DNA of 37,622 nt from a virus (Duplodnaviria; Caudoviricetes), in IMG/VR virus record IMGVR_UViG_3300032274_000023, positions 1 through 37,622 of that record; one strand, given 5' to 3'. Position 1 is the first letter of the stretch. Each line of letters begins with the position of its first letter. The notes beneath the pieces are model-generated. The model did not search any database. It was not told the origin of the DNA and saw only the letters and a list, made by a program, of their open reading frames with translations. The translations under genes and the position numbers were made by a program. Shown one piece after another: positions 19,005 through 26,865 of the stretch.

Positions 19005-21029
19005 ATGGCCCGCATGATCCCCGCATTTACACAGTTCTTCGATGATAATGGCGATCCATTAATCAGTGGATTCCTCCAATTCTATCAATCAGGCACCACA
19101 ACTGATAAAGACACTTTTTCCGATATTAACGAAACAATCCCCAATGCCAACCCGGTTCCTTTGGATGGTGCTGGCCGGTGCCCGAATGTCTTTGGCTCGG
19201 GTGCTTATAAGATTATTTCATACGATGCTAGTATGGTTCAATACCAGTCGTTTGACCCGGTTATAAGCGATTCAGTGGGCGGCGCATTTGCTTCCTGGGA
19301 TGCAGTCACTATTTATAGTGAGGGCAAGCTCGTTACTGGCTCAGACTTAAAACGATATTCATCTATTTTTAGCAGTAATCAAGGTTCTGATCCGGTAACC
19401 TCGCCAGCAGAATGGAAACCAATAACATTTATAAGCACTGGAATTGTTGATAATTCGGTTGCGGCAGCTATAACAATAGATGCGAATAGCAATATACATT
19501 TTGCGAGCACCTTGACGATTACTGCGTTAAAAGCTATGACTGCTCCGCTTTATGATAATGTAAACATTCATGTATTCGGGTATTCTGCCGAAGGTGATGG
19601 CGGCAATGGAATATTTAAATGGGATGCATCAAACTTATCAACAGAAGTAACAAGCGACACCTTAAACGGTATTTATGTTCCGCCTAACGCAGATAATACT
19701 GGCGCGAGTGGTGCATGGGTAAGAGAGCATAGCTCAATTATTAATGTTAGGTGGTTTGGTGCTACTGGTGATGGGGCTACGGATGATTCCGCAGCAATTA
19801 CCGCTGCAAATACTTATGCTGCTGCGCTTACTAACGGCGGAGAGGTTCTTTTCCCATCGGGCGTGTATAAGGTTAGCGTAAATACATCAATAAGCTCTAA
19901 TGTCGCTGCAAGCTTTTCGCAAGGTGCCAAGTTATCTGTAGATATTGCAAAAACATTCACAATTAACGGCCCTATTATATCTCCACTACAGCAAATATTC
20001 TCAGGAGTTGGGTCGATTAGCGTTGGCACTCAAAACGAATACATTCCTGAGTACCATGTGTCATGGTTCGGATTAAGCCCATCAAACTCAGATGCAGTTA
20101 ATGATGCCGCATTAGCTACTTTGATAGCATGTATTCCTTCTGGAAATACTATTCAATGGGGGTCTGGGGTCTATCAAATATCAACTCACGCATGGCCTTA
20201 TAATAAAGTTTTAACTTGGCGTGGGGTGTCCCCAATGGATACAGACACAACGCCGGGGACTGAAATATCTGGATCGGGCGCTGATGTAATATCTAATATA
20301 GAAGTCACGACCCGATATTCTGTTATTGAGAATATCAAGATTAAGGCTGCCGCTGGTAATACTGCTTTAAATTTGCAGAATCTCGGGACGATTTTATCAA
20401 ATGTATTAGCTTATGGTGGAGCGTATGGCATTAAAGCGCCTAACAGTGTTGGGGTCGAATGGCATAATGTAACAGCTTATGGAACAACGGCCGGACTATA
20501 TATTGTAACGAGCGGGTCAAATGTTTTTAACTTAAATACTTTAATAAATGTAGCGACTTCAAGCAGAAATGCAACGGGTACTGCTACTGTGTTAGGGGGA
20601 GCTGTAGCAGGATCTATTGTTGGCAATAATTTCATAGGGCTTGACGTTGAGACTTCAAATGTAGGGTTAAATATGAATGCTAACGCGCCCGAATTTAATA
20701 CATTCCATAACTTATGGGGTGAGAATATGACGGGTGGCTCAGAGGTATTATTAAATGATAGTAATACATCTAACTCTATCTTTATTAACCCGCATTTTAC
20801 TGGCGCAGGATCTATTACGTATGGAAATACAAGTAGCAAGCTGGCAGGTGGCGATATTCAAGTTGGGAGTCGATTATTTTTACCTCCCGTAACGGTAGCG
20901 ACATTGCCAGCGGCAGTGGATAATGAAGGGTCTGTCGTTTATGTATCGGATGAGGCTGGCGGGTCAACATTAGCTCTTAGTAATGGTACTGACTGGCGGC
21001 GTGTCCAAGATCGAGTTATTGTAACGTAA
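19005..21029 (+). CDS. Tailspike (head-binding domain plus pectate-lyase-like beta-helix)
   Basis: N-terminal QFFDDNGDPL..G...Y.SGT...NPVPLD..GR; GYSAEGDGGNG.F.W; INVRWFGATGDGATDDSAAITAA...FPSGVY. Confidence 0.9.
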   Translation: MARMIPAFTQFFDDNGDPLISGFLQFYQSGTTTDKDTFSDINETIPNANPVPLDGAGRCPNVFGSGAYKIISYDASMVQYQSFDPVISDSVGGAFASWDAVTIYSEGKLVTGSDLKRYSSIFSSNQGSDPVTSPAEWKPITFISTGIVDNSVAAAITIDANSNIHFASTLTITALKAMTAPLYDNVNIHVFGYSAEGDGGNGIFKWDASNLSTEVTSDTLNGIYVPPNADNTGASGAWVREHSSIINVRWFGATGDGATDDSAAITAANTYAAALTNGGEVLFPSGVYKVSVNTSISSNVAASFSQGAKLSVDIAKTFTINGPIISPLQQIFSGVGSISVGTQNEYIPEYHVSWFGLSPSNSDAVNDAALATLIACIPSGNTIQWGSGVYQISTHAWPYNKVLTWRGVSPMDTDTTPGTEISGSGADVISNIEVTTRYSVIENIKIKAAAGNTALNLQNLGTILSNVLAYGGAYGIKAPNSVGVEWHNVTAYGTTAGLYIVTSGSNVFNLNTLINVATSSRNATGTATVLGGAVAGSIVGNNFIGLDVETSNVGLNMNANAPEFNTFHNLWGENMTGGSEVLLNDSNTSNSIFINPHFTGAGSITYGNTSSKLAGGDIQVGSRLFLPPVTVATLPAAVDNEGSVVYVSDEAGGSTLALSNGTDWRRVQDRVIVT

Positions 21030-21098
21030 TGCAGCAGGACACGCATTATCAACTTTTTGGCTTAGATTAGCCGCTTATCAACTATATGGATTACTCTA

Positions 21099-21383
21099 AT
21101 GGTTACAGACACAAGACGCACCGTCCCTGTATCGGACAAACCGGCTGAAATGTGGGCTAAGGTTTTAGGTTGGGCGGCCACCATTATTATTGCCCTGCTT
21201 AGTATGTTCGGAACAATGACCATTCACGAGTTAAGAAAACTCAACGATTATATGGCAAAAAACAGCGTCATCATTGAGCGCCACGATGGGAAGATAATGC
21301 GTTTAGAGATGGACATGAATGCGGTGAGAGGAGATGTAAGCACTAACACGGAGAGCATAATTATGATGAGGAAAAGAAAATGA
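21099..21383 (+). CDS. Single-TM protein with C-terminal coiled coil (holin/antiholin/spanin-like)
   Basis: TM segment VLGWAATIIIALLSMFGTM; first gene of the lysis cassette. Confidence 0.55.
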   Translation: MVTDTRRTVPVSDKPAEMWAKVLGWAATIIIALLSMFGTMTIHELRKLNDYMAKNSVIIERHDGKIMRLEMDMNAVRGDVSTNTESIIMMRKRK

Positions 21384-21514
21384 AAACAGCGAGACCAATA
21401 GGCGGAACTAAGAAACCGGCTAAGAAACCAGAGACTAAAAAGCCGGAAAAAAAGAAACCAAAGAAGAAACCAAAGATTAAAGACCCTTATTCAAGTCCGT
21501 ACAGGTACGCATGA
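21380..21514 (+). CDS. Lys/Pro-rich 44-aa cationic peptide (not in ORF track)
   Basis: MKTARPIGGTKKPAKKPETKKPEKKKPKKKPKIKDPYSSPYRYA. ATGA overlaps at both ends, GAGGA upstream. Confidence 0.7.
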   Translation: MKTARPIGGTKKPAKKPETKKPEKKKPKKKPKIKDPYSSPYRYA

Positions 21515-21927
21515 CATTCTCATTAAGCGCAAGGTCTAGACGGCGACGGGAAGGTGTTAATCCACGGCTCATTGAGATTAACGACTTAGCTTTAACACTT
21601 AGCCCGATAGACTTTGGTATTCCTAATCATGGTGGGTTACGTACATCAGAGGAGCAAAACGGACTTTTTAAAACTGGAAAATCTAAAGCTGATGGGTATG
21701 TAAAAGAGGGTTACCACCAGACAGGTGACGCATTAGACTTTTATGCCTTTGTTAACGGCCATGCCTCATGGCAAGAAGATCATTTAACTATGGTTGCCGC
21801 GGCACATTTACAAGCTGCATCTATTCTCGGTTACGGGTTAGAATGGGGTGGTTTCTGGAAAAGCAATAAACTAATAAACGGTATTCCCTACGGCTGGGAT
21901 ATGGCTCACATACAACTCAAGGATTAA
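21511..21927 (+). CDS. Endolysin, M15 family L-Ala-D-Glu peptidase
   Basis: GLRTSEEQ..L...GKS, H..G.ALD, LEWGG.W and DMAHIQL zinc-peptidase motifs. Confidence 0.92.
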   Translation: MTFSLSARSRRRREGVNPRLIEINDLALTLSPIDFGIPNHGGLRTSEEQNGLFKTGKSKADGYVKEGYHQTGDALDFYAFVNGHASWQEDHLTMVAAAHLQAASILGYGLEWGGFWKSNKLINGIPYGWDMAHIQLKD

Positions 21928-21930
21928 GCA

Positions 21931-22368
21931 ATGAAAACACTACTAACAATCTTATTTATGATGGTATCAATATCAGTATTCGCTAATGATCGTCATGATG
22001 ACCACTCAACCCCAGTGGCCGGCCCCAAAGGGGACACAGGCGCACAAGGGCCAATCGGCAATACTGGCCCACAAGGGCCGCGCGGATTCGCTGGAAAAGA
22101 TGCCGAATCAATCGTTAATAACTACTCAGTAACTAATAACTACCGCGATAAAGGCTTGGCTACTTCGATGGCTTTATCTGGTCAGCAATATGACTGGTCT
22201 TCTGAGGCTATGCAATGGTCAGTGTCCGGATCAAGCTTTGATAGCCGCGAAGGTGCGGCAATTGGCTTAGCTCAACGATTCGGCGCTGTATTAGTTAATG
22301 TTAATATAGCTCAAGAAGAAAACTCTAATACACCCGCTTATGTAGTTGGTGTGTCGGGTCGGTTCTAA
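21931..22368 (+). CDS. Mini trimeric-autotransporter-like protein: signal peptide, collagen repeat, YadA-like anchor
   Basis: Signal ending VFA, eight Gly-X-Y triplets, GLATSMAL helix, four amphipathic strands (GAAIGLAQRF), terminal Phe. Confidence 0.75.
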   Translation: MKTLLTILFMMVSISVFANDRHDDHSTPVAGPKGDTGAQGPIGNTGPQGPRGFAGKDAESIVNNYSVTNNYRDKGLATSMALSGQQYDWSSEAMQWSVSGSSFDSREGAAIGLAQRFGAVLVNVNIAQEENSNTPAYVVGVSGRF

Positions 22369-22680
22369 ATGGTAAGCGAGAGAAGAGAAGCAGTTAGGTA
22401 TTGGGCAAACTTCATTGCTAAGAACTGGCCTTTTGTCATATCTTTTCTTTCGCTAGCAGGAATATCAATTTACAGCACTAACGATTCTATGAGTAAAGAC
22501 CAAATAATTACAGATACTCAGAACCAGGTCGTTGAGGTAGCGAAGCAGTATCGACAAGAGTTTATGCCCGCTGCTGTGAGAAAGTCCAAAACAATTATAG
22601 AAAAACACTATATTAATAACTGTGACTGTAAAAAATTAATACACGAAAACAATGTTAAATATCACGGAGTAAAACCATGA
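22369..22680 (+). CDS. Single-TM protein (possible i-spanin-like)
   Basis: N-terminal TM WPFVISFLSLAGISIY, soluble tail with CDC. Confidence 0.5.
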   Translation: MVSERREAVRYWANFIAKNWPFVISFLSLAGISIYSTNDSMSKDQIITDTQNQVVEVAKQYRQEFMPAAVRKSKTIIEKHYINNCDCKKLIHENNVKYHGVKP

Positions 22681-23084
22681 TTCAATTCTTACCCTTAATC
22701 GGAACCGTCCTAGAAAAGCTACTCCCTGACCCACAAGCACAAGCCGCAGCAAAGCTTAAACTTATTGAATTAGAGCAAGCTGGCGACCTTAAAGAACTGG
22801 ACGCAGCCGTACAACGTGATTTAGCTCAAATTGCTTTAAACACCAAAGAAGCCGAAAGCCCTTCATTATTTAAATCAGGCTGGCGACCAAGCGTAGGCTG
22901 GATATGCGTAGCAGGTCTTGCTTACTCGACCATTGTTTACCCATTACTTACATGGATGGCAGTCGTCTACAATATTACCCCGCCCCCAAACTTAAGCGTA
23001 GAAGTCTTAATGCCAATCCTGTTAGGTATGCTTGGCTTAGGTGGTATGCGCTCATTCGAGAAGTTCAAAGGCATTACTAAATAA
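22677..23084 (+). CDS. Holin of the 3TM (GTA-type) family
   Basis: LP.IG.VLEKL.PDP, N..EA, GWRPSVGWIC and LLGMLGLGGMRSFEK motifs. Confidence 0.9.
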   Translation: MIQFLPLIGTVLEKLLPDPQAQAAAKLKLIELEQAGDLKELDAAVQRDLAQIALNTKEAESPSLFKSGWRPSVGWICVAGLAYSTIVYPLLTWMAVVYNITPPPNLSVEVLMPILLGMLGLGGMRSFEKFKGITK

Positions 23085-23184
23085 ATTCTACTTATAACCC
23101 CCATAAAAACATTCTATCATTATCTACTTTCATTAACGCAAGTCCTCGCCTATTGTTTATTCAAACAAACAAAGGGGAAATAAA

Positions 23185-23442
23185 ATGAATAAAATAGTAG
23201 AAATAATGGATTCAGCGATAGAGCGCCTTAATAAAGTGCGCGAGAAGCTGCATAACCACGAAGTTAATTTAATGGCTATTAATATAATTATTGATAACGC
23301 TGATAGCCAGAACCCTATTTTCGTTGAGATTGAGAACGACCAAGGTGAAAGTATAAATATTGGTGAAGAGCTAGAGACTCAGGAAGGATTAAGGAAAATA
23401 CGGATAACTACAGGCGATATAATTACTAATTCTAAGATTTAA
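23185..23442 (+). CDS. Hypothetical protein
   Basis: 85 aa, AGGGG SD; FVEIENDQGESINIGE motif. Confidence 0.65.
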   Translation: MNKIVEIMDSAIERLNKVREKLHNHEVNLMAINIIIDNADSQNPIFVEIENDQGESINIGEELETQEGLRKIRITTGDIITNSKI

Positions 23443-23459
23443 CCCTGCAAGGGGGATTT

Positions 23460-23600
23460 ATGGAAAACTACAAAACACCATATCAACGCATGAAACGCCG
23501 ACAGCTCAAAGAACGTCTATTAGATATTGTTAATATAGTCGCAATGGCCGCTGTTATTGTAACCATGTTCTATTTCTCGCTTCCTGCTAAGGGGGAATGA
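23460..23600 (+). CDS. Small single-TM protein (46 aa)
   Basis: GGGGG SD; hydrophobic IVNIVAMAAVIVTMFYF. Confidence 0.55.
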   Translation: MENYKTPYQRMKRRQLKERLLDIVNIVAMAAVIVTMFYFSLPAKGE

Positions 23601-23698
23601 TGAACCACGCACACTCACTAGGACTACTCCTAATCCTCATATCATCAGCACTGGCTATTACGGTTTACATGGCCTTATATGACTGGTTAGCGTTATGA
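23597..23698 (+). CDS. Small single-TM peptide (33 aa)
   Basis: ATGA coupling; LGLLLILISSALAITVYMAL. Confidence 0.45.
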   Translation: MMNHAHSLGLLLILISSALAITVYMALYDWLAL

Positions 23699-23920
23699 AG
23701 GATATAAGGACTATTCACTACGAGCTACAGGCCGCACAGGGGCTTTCTTATCCAAAGGCTATAAAGCTATGGCTGAGGCATCCGGAAGGGCTGAGAGTAC
23801 GGTTGAGGGGTGGATATGCCCCTCTCGTAGCTGTCCTGACACGGTTTTGGAGTTATTAAACCTTAAGCTACTAAAATAAAGCCGCAGCTAGGCTTGTTAG
23901 TATTATGTATTGTATTAGTA

Positions 23921-24184
23921 TCATTTATTAAGCTCCGCATATTCTTGCTCGGTGTAATATGTCGCTTTAAAAATATCAAGCTTGCATGGATACTTTTCGC
24001 CCTTAATACCTGTAATAATAAAATCACCTTCCGCCACATGATAAGAACCTTCAAGGGTATCTATTGCGAATCCTGTTGGAGAATCTGAATCCTTGTAAAC
24101 GCCTAAAGGCCAACCGTCTAACGTATTTTCAAAAAACTGCATTGCTTCAATTGCCACTGGTTTTTTTATATATTTACTCATCAC
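23921..24184 (-). CDS. Conserved phage protein (PGDYG-like)
   Basis: KYIKKPVAIEA.Q...TLEG....GDFII.GIKGE.YPCK.DIF..TY. Confidence 0.85.
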   Translation of the reverse strand: MMSKYIKKPVAIEAMQFFENTLDGWPLGVYKDSDSPTGFAIDTLEGSYHVAEGDFIITGIKGEKYPCKLDIFKATYYTEQEYAELNK

Positions 24185-24193
24185 TCACCTCTA

Positions 24194-24544
24194 TTAGTCA
24201 TCATAAGTCTTGCATGGATTTGGATTTGTATCGAATCTCACAGCCTTGATTGTTTTTTTGTTTAAAATAATAGCCTTCATTATTCTATGCCGCCCGTCCA
24301 TTACCTCTCCATCTTCATCAAGGATAATAGGATATTTTAAGTCTACATTGTTCACGGATTTAATGTGACCCACTAGATCTCTTAAAGTTAAATTATTGTA
24401 TTTGTAATAAATATTTAGATGTTCTAAAGGGATATTCATTACCGGCAAGTTTTTAGATAATTCAAACAGCCGCGAAACAGACCATTCATGATTTCCAAGT
24501 CGAGCCATCTGCTTATCCGGTGAACAGAAAGAGCTTATTTTCAT
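24194..24544 (-). CDS. Stand-alone ParB/Srx N-terminal-like domain protein
   Basis: YPIILDEDGEVMDGRHRIMKA motif. Confidence 0.8.
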   Translation of the reverse strand: MKISSFCSPDKQMARLGNHEWSVSRLFELSKNLPVMNIPLEHLNIYYKYNNLTLRDLVGHIKSVNNVDLKYPIILDEDGEVMDGRHRIMKAIILNKKTIKAVRFDTNPNPCKTYDD

Positions 24545-24642
24545 CCCTTGCCTACCTTATATCCAAGCCAGAAAAACAAACAGGCAACGACAAGAATAGA
24601 GGCCAATCCGACTAAAATCTTAATTAATATTAAGTCGCTCAT
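24541..24642 (-). CDS. Small single-TM peptide (33 aa)
   Basis: MSDLILIKILVGLASILVVACLFFWLGYKVGKG; ATGA overlaps on both sides. Confidence 0.6.
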   Translation of the reverse strand: MSDLILIKILVGLASILVVACLFFWLGYKVGKG

Positions 24643-24710
24643 AATACCACCGGAAAAAAGCCACAACCCGATAGAAGTAAACAGGTTGTTATTGTTAATA
24701 GTTTATTCAT
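24639..24710 (-). CDS. 23-aa micro-lipoprotein ORF
   Basis: MNKLLTITTCLLLSGCGFFPVVL, lipobox LSGC, GAGGTG SD, ATGA overlaps on both sides. Confidence 0.6.
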   Translation of the reverse strand: MNKLLTITTCLLLSGCGFFPVVL

Positions 24711-24877
24711 TTCTTCACCTCATACAAATAAGACCATCTAACCTCTGTTAGTCCTGCCTTGTTGCCTTCTAATGCCTGACAGACATAAAAATTATCATCC
24801 ATGCGGATAAACTCACGCTCATGATAACAGGACGTATTCTCAACGTTATAGACTAGTATTGTGTCGCCTTGTTTCAT
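24707..24877 (-). CDS. Hypothetical protein (56 aa)
   Basis: MKQGDTILVYNVE...WSYLYEVKK, AGGAG SD, fills the gap. Confidence 0.6.
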   Translation of the reverse strand: MKQGDTILVYNVENTSCYHEREFIRMDDNFYVCQALEGNKAGLTEVRWSYLYEVKK

Positions 24878-24878
24878 G

Positions 24879-25232
24879 TTAAAAATTCTCCTTGAAAAAC
24901 GTATCTACACACTTATGAAACTTATCTATATCAAAGCTACCCGCTTCACCATCAATATTGCCTATCCATAATCGTGATTCAGTGTTGATAATTTGATAGT
25001 CTTTGACTGTTACACCTTTGGGTTCCTGTTCAATGTGCTTGATTAGTTTATTAATACACATAATAAAATCATAAGCCGAACTAACTGTATTTGATACCGT
25101 GAAGTTATCCATTAACGCGAGAGCCTTATCCATTTGGCCTTCTTCCATTAGAGTATGCGCCATTAAAATAATACTATTTGTTTCATCGTTAAAATCTGTC
25201 AGCTCTTTAGCTTCTTCTATTAAATCACTCAT
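24879..25232 (-). CDS. Hypothetical protein
   Basis: 117-aa ORF in a coupled operon. Confidence 0.7.
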   Translation of the reverse strand: MSDLIEEAKELTDFNDETNSIILMAHTLMEEGQMDKALALMDNFTVSNTVSSAYDFIMCINKLIKHIEQEPKGVTVKDYQIINTESRLWIGNIDGEAGSFDIDKFHKCVDTFFKENF

Positions 25233-25470
25233 GGCCGGCCTCTTTAACTAATCTATCAACATGGTCGAAAGCTTCTGGAACAGCACTGAAATTCTGATAC
25301 ATAAAATCAATAGCCTGTTTCAATTTCTCATTAGCCTCGGTTAAGGTAGTAACTTGTTGTTGTAGTGCTTCATATTCTTGCTCAACAACCATTATCATAT
25401 CTTTAATGCCCCGCGTATTTAAACCGTTCGCATATAAAATCGATATAGCTCTGTAAAAATTATCACTCAC
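25225..25470 (-). CDS. Hypothetical coiled-coil protein
   Basis: 81 aa, GGAGGTG SD. Confidence 0.7.
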   Translation of the reverse strand: MSDNFYRAISILYANGLNTRGIKDMIMVVEQEYEALQQQVTTLTEANEKLKQAIDFMYQNFSAVPEAFDHVDRLVKEAGHE

Positions 25471-25702
25471 AACTCACCTCCATTATTCTCAAACTGCAAT
25501 TCAGTACAGCTTCCATTGGGGTTTTGCCGTGCTCAACGACATTTAATTTAGTATCAAAACTGTGCGCTCTCCATCCGTCATGGTGAGCCATTACGTTGAT
25601 TCTAAAATGCTCCATAAGCTCAACCATTTGAGTAGGGCTTTCAAAATCAATAGGTATATTGACATACCCAAGCTCTTTAGCTAGTGCTAGTAGGTTATTC
25701 AT
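25463..25702 (-). CDS. Hypothetical protein
   Basis: 79 aa, G.TP..AV..C C-terminus. Confidence 0.65.
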   Translation of the reverse strand: MNNLLALAKELGYVNIPIDFESPTQMVELMEHFRINVMAHHDGWRAHSFDTKLNVVEHGKTPMEAVLNCSLRIMEVSCE

Positions 25703-25704
25703 TA

Positions 25705-25854
25705 TTATTCCCAGCCATTGCCATAATCAGTAACAACCTTTTTGCAGCAGCAGCAAGTTGCACGAGGATGCTCATAAAACCAAGGGTCACGAGGAAAATG
25801 GCCAATCACTTTACAAACTAAATTTAATATTTTTTGTTTAAAGCTGTATTCCAT
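25705..25854 (-). CDS. Small Cys/His protein (49 aa)
   Basis: AGGAG SD; CKVIGH...CCCCKK. Confidence 0.55.
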   Translation of the reverse strand: MEYSFKQKILNLVCKVIGHFPRDPWFYEHPRATCCCCKKVVTDYGNGWE

Positions 25855-25873
25855 ATCACTTACTCCTTCCAAT

Positions 25874-26110
25874 TTAATTATCTACTATTCGACGTTGTTC
25901 GGTAATCGCATCTTTCCCAGCAATTCGCCTACCATCCCAATACTGCACGTAAGCCTGACTATCATTTCCGTGACCACAACACGCGTTCATTACATTCGGC
26001 AAAGTCCCTAAACAACCGTCATAGCCTTCTTTTGTTGGGGCTTTTTTGCATTTAACACAAATCCCATATTGGCCGCTACCCGCATTTTCTGGTTTGTAAT
26101 ATTTCATCAT
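25874..26110 (-). CDS. Cys-rich hypothetical protein
   Basis: CVKC...GYDGCLG.LP.V.NACCGHG; AGGAG SD. Confidence 0.75.
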   Translation of the reverse strand: MMKYYKPENAGSGQYGICVKCKKAPTKEGYDGCLGTLPNVMNACCGHGNDSQAYVQYWDGRRIAGKDAITEQRRIVDN

Positions 26111-26124
26111 TCTCCTTACTGTAT

Positions 26125-26388
26125 CTATTTAGTTGTTAAGCTTTTATTCTCATACCCATAATAATCACTACGCTTTAAACACAGATAACCTTGGCTGTAT
26201 ATCTGCACAAATCCATCCTCGCAGCTATCCTCGATAACCTCTAAGGTTACTAGCACCCCAAAAGCAAAGAATGACGTACATATCACAATAGGACACGCCA
26301 ATGACTTAATCCAATCCCTTACTCTTATGAATCGTGGTTTAAACTTCATCAGCCACCATTTAGCATTAATTAGCCATATTTTCACCAT
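26125..26388 (-). CDS. Membrane-anchored hypothetical protein
   Basis: TM segment IVICTSFFAFGVLVTL followed by two Cys. Confidence 0.6.
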   Translation of the reverse strand: MVKIWLINAKWWLMKFKPRFIRVRDWIKSLACPIVICTSFFAFGVLVTLEVIEDSCEDGFVQIYSQGYLCLKRSDYYGYENKSLTTK

Positions 26389-26645
26389 TGCGGGTTCCTC
26401 TTGGCGCGTTCGCCTATCTCATCAATACGGTTTCGCGGTGCTGAGAAGTGAACCTTTGCTGATTTCTCAAGTCTGGAACGAAGTGTTCCAGGTGAAACCT
26501 TTCCCCACCTTCTCGCTTTATCCAGATTCCGGCATTTCTTACATACATTCTCTCGCCCGTCTGGATTGGTTAAATGTTTAGCAAAGGCATCTAGCCGTAA
26601 AAGAGTACCTTTAGTCTCACATGTTGGATTCTTGCACTGTTTCAT
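26382..26645 (-). CDS. Zinc-finger protein
   Basis: C..P.C...AF.......DG....CKKC. Confidence 0.7.
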   Translation of the reverse strand: MKQCKNPTCETKGTLLRLDAFAKHLTNPDGRENVCKKCRNLDKARRWGKVSPGTLRSRLEKSAKVHFSAPRNRIDEIGERAKRNPQW

Positions 26646-26865
26646 AAAACCCCCTATCTAGTCTTGGTTTAGGCCAATACGCTGCTAAAAGCTTATTACC
26701 CCCTTTTATATTGCTTAGTTCCGATTTCTGCCCTTTTCTCCATTCTTTCAGGTAGTCAGCCCTGCATTTTCTACACTCACCACGATGGCCGTCCTTAGCG
26801 GTAGTGCATAGCCCAAATGCATCAATATCTTTCGAGTCCTCGCATGTGATGCAGATTTTAGGCAT
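26617..26865 (-). CDS. Zinc-finger protein (similar to neighbour)
   Basis: CITC...K....F......DG....CRKC. Confidence 0.75.
   Translation of the reverse strand: MPKICITCEDSKDIDAFGLCTTAKDGHRGECRKCRADYLKEWRKGQKSELSNIKGGNKLLAAYWPKPRLDRGFYETVQESNM

Noticed and set aside
7130-20839. Many minus-strand ORFs within structural genes (e.g. 7130-7510, 11512-11979, 15241-15672, 16486-16938, 20477-20839)
   Set aside because: Antisense shadows of well-supported genes, with no motifs or SD.
19005-21029. Diversity-generating retroelement or invertible tail-fibre system
   Set aside because: No reverse transcriptase or invertase, and I noticed no template/variable repeat pair.
22369-22680. Nested Rz1-type o-spanin
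   Set aside because: I found no alternative-frame ORF with a lipobox in this gene.
23863-24249. ORFs 23863-24054 (-), 23894-24088 (+) and 24064-24249 (+)
   Set aside because: They overlap the clearly recognisable conserved gene 23921-24184 and lack motifs.
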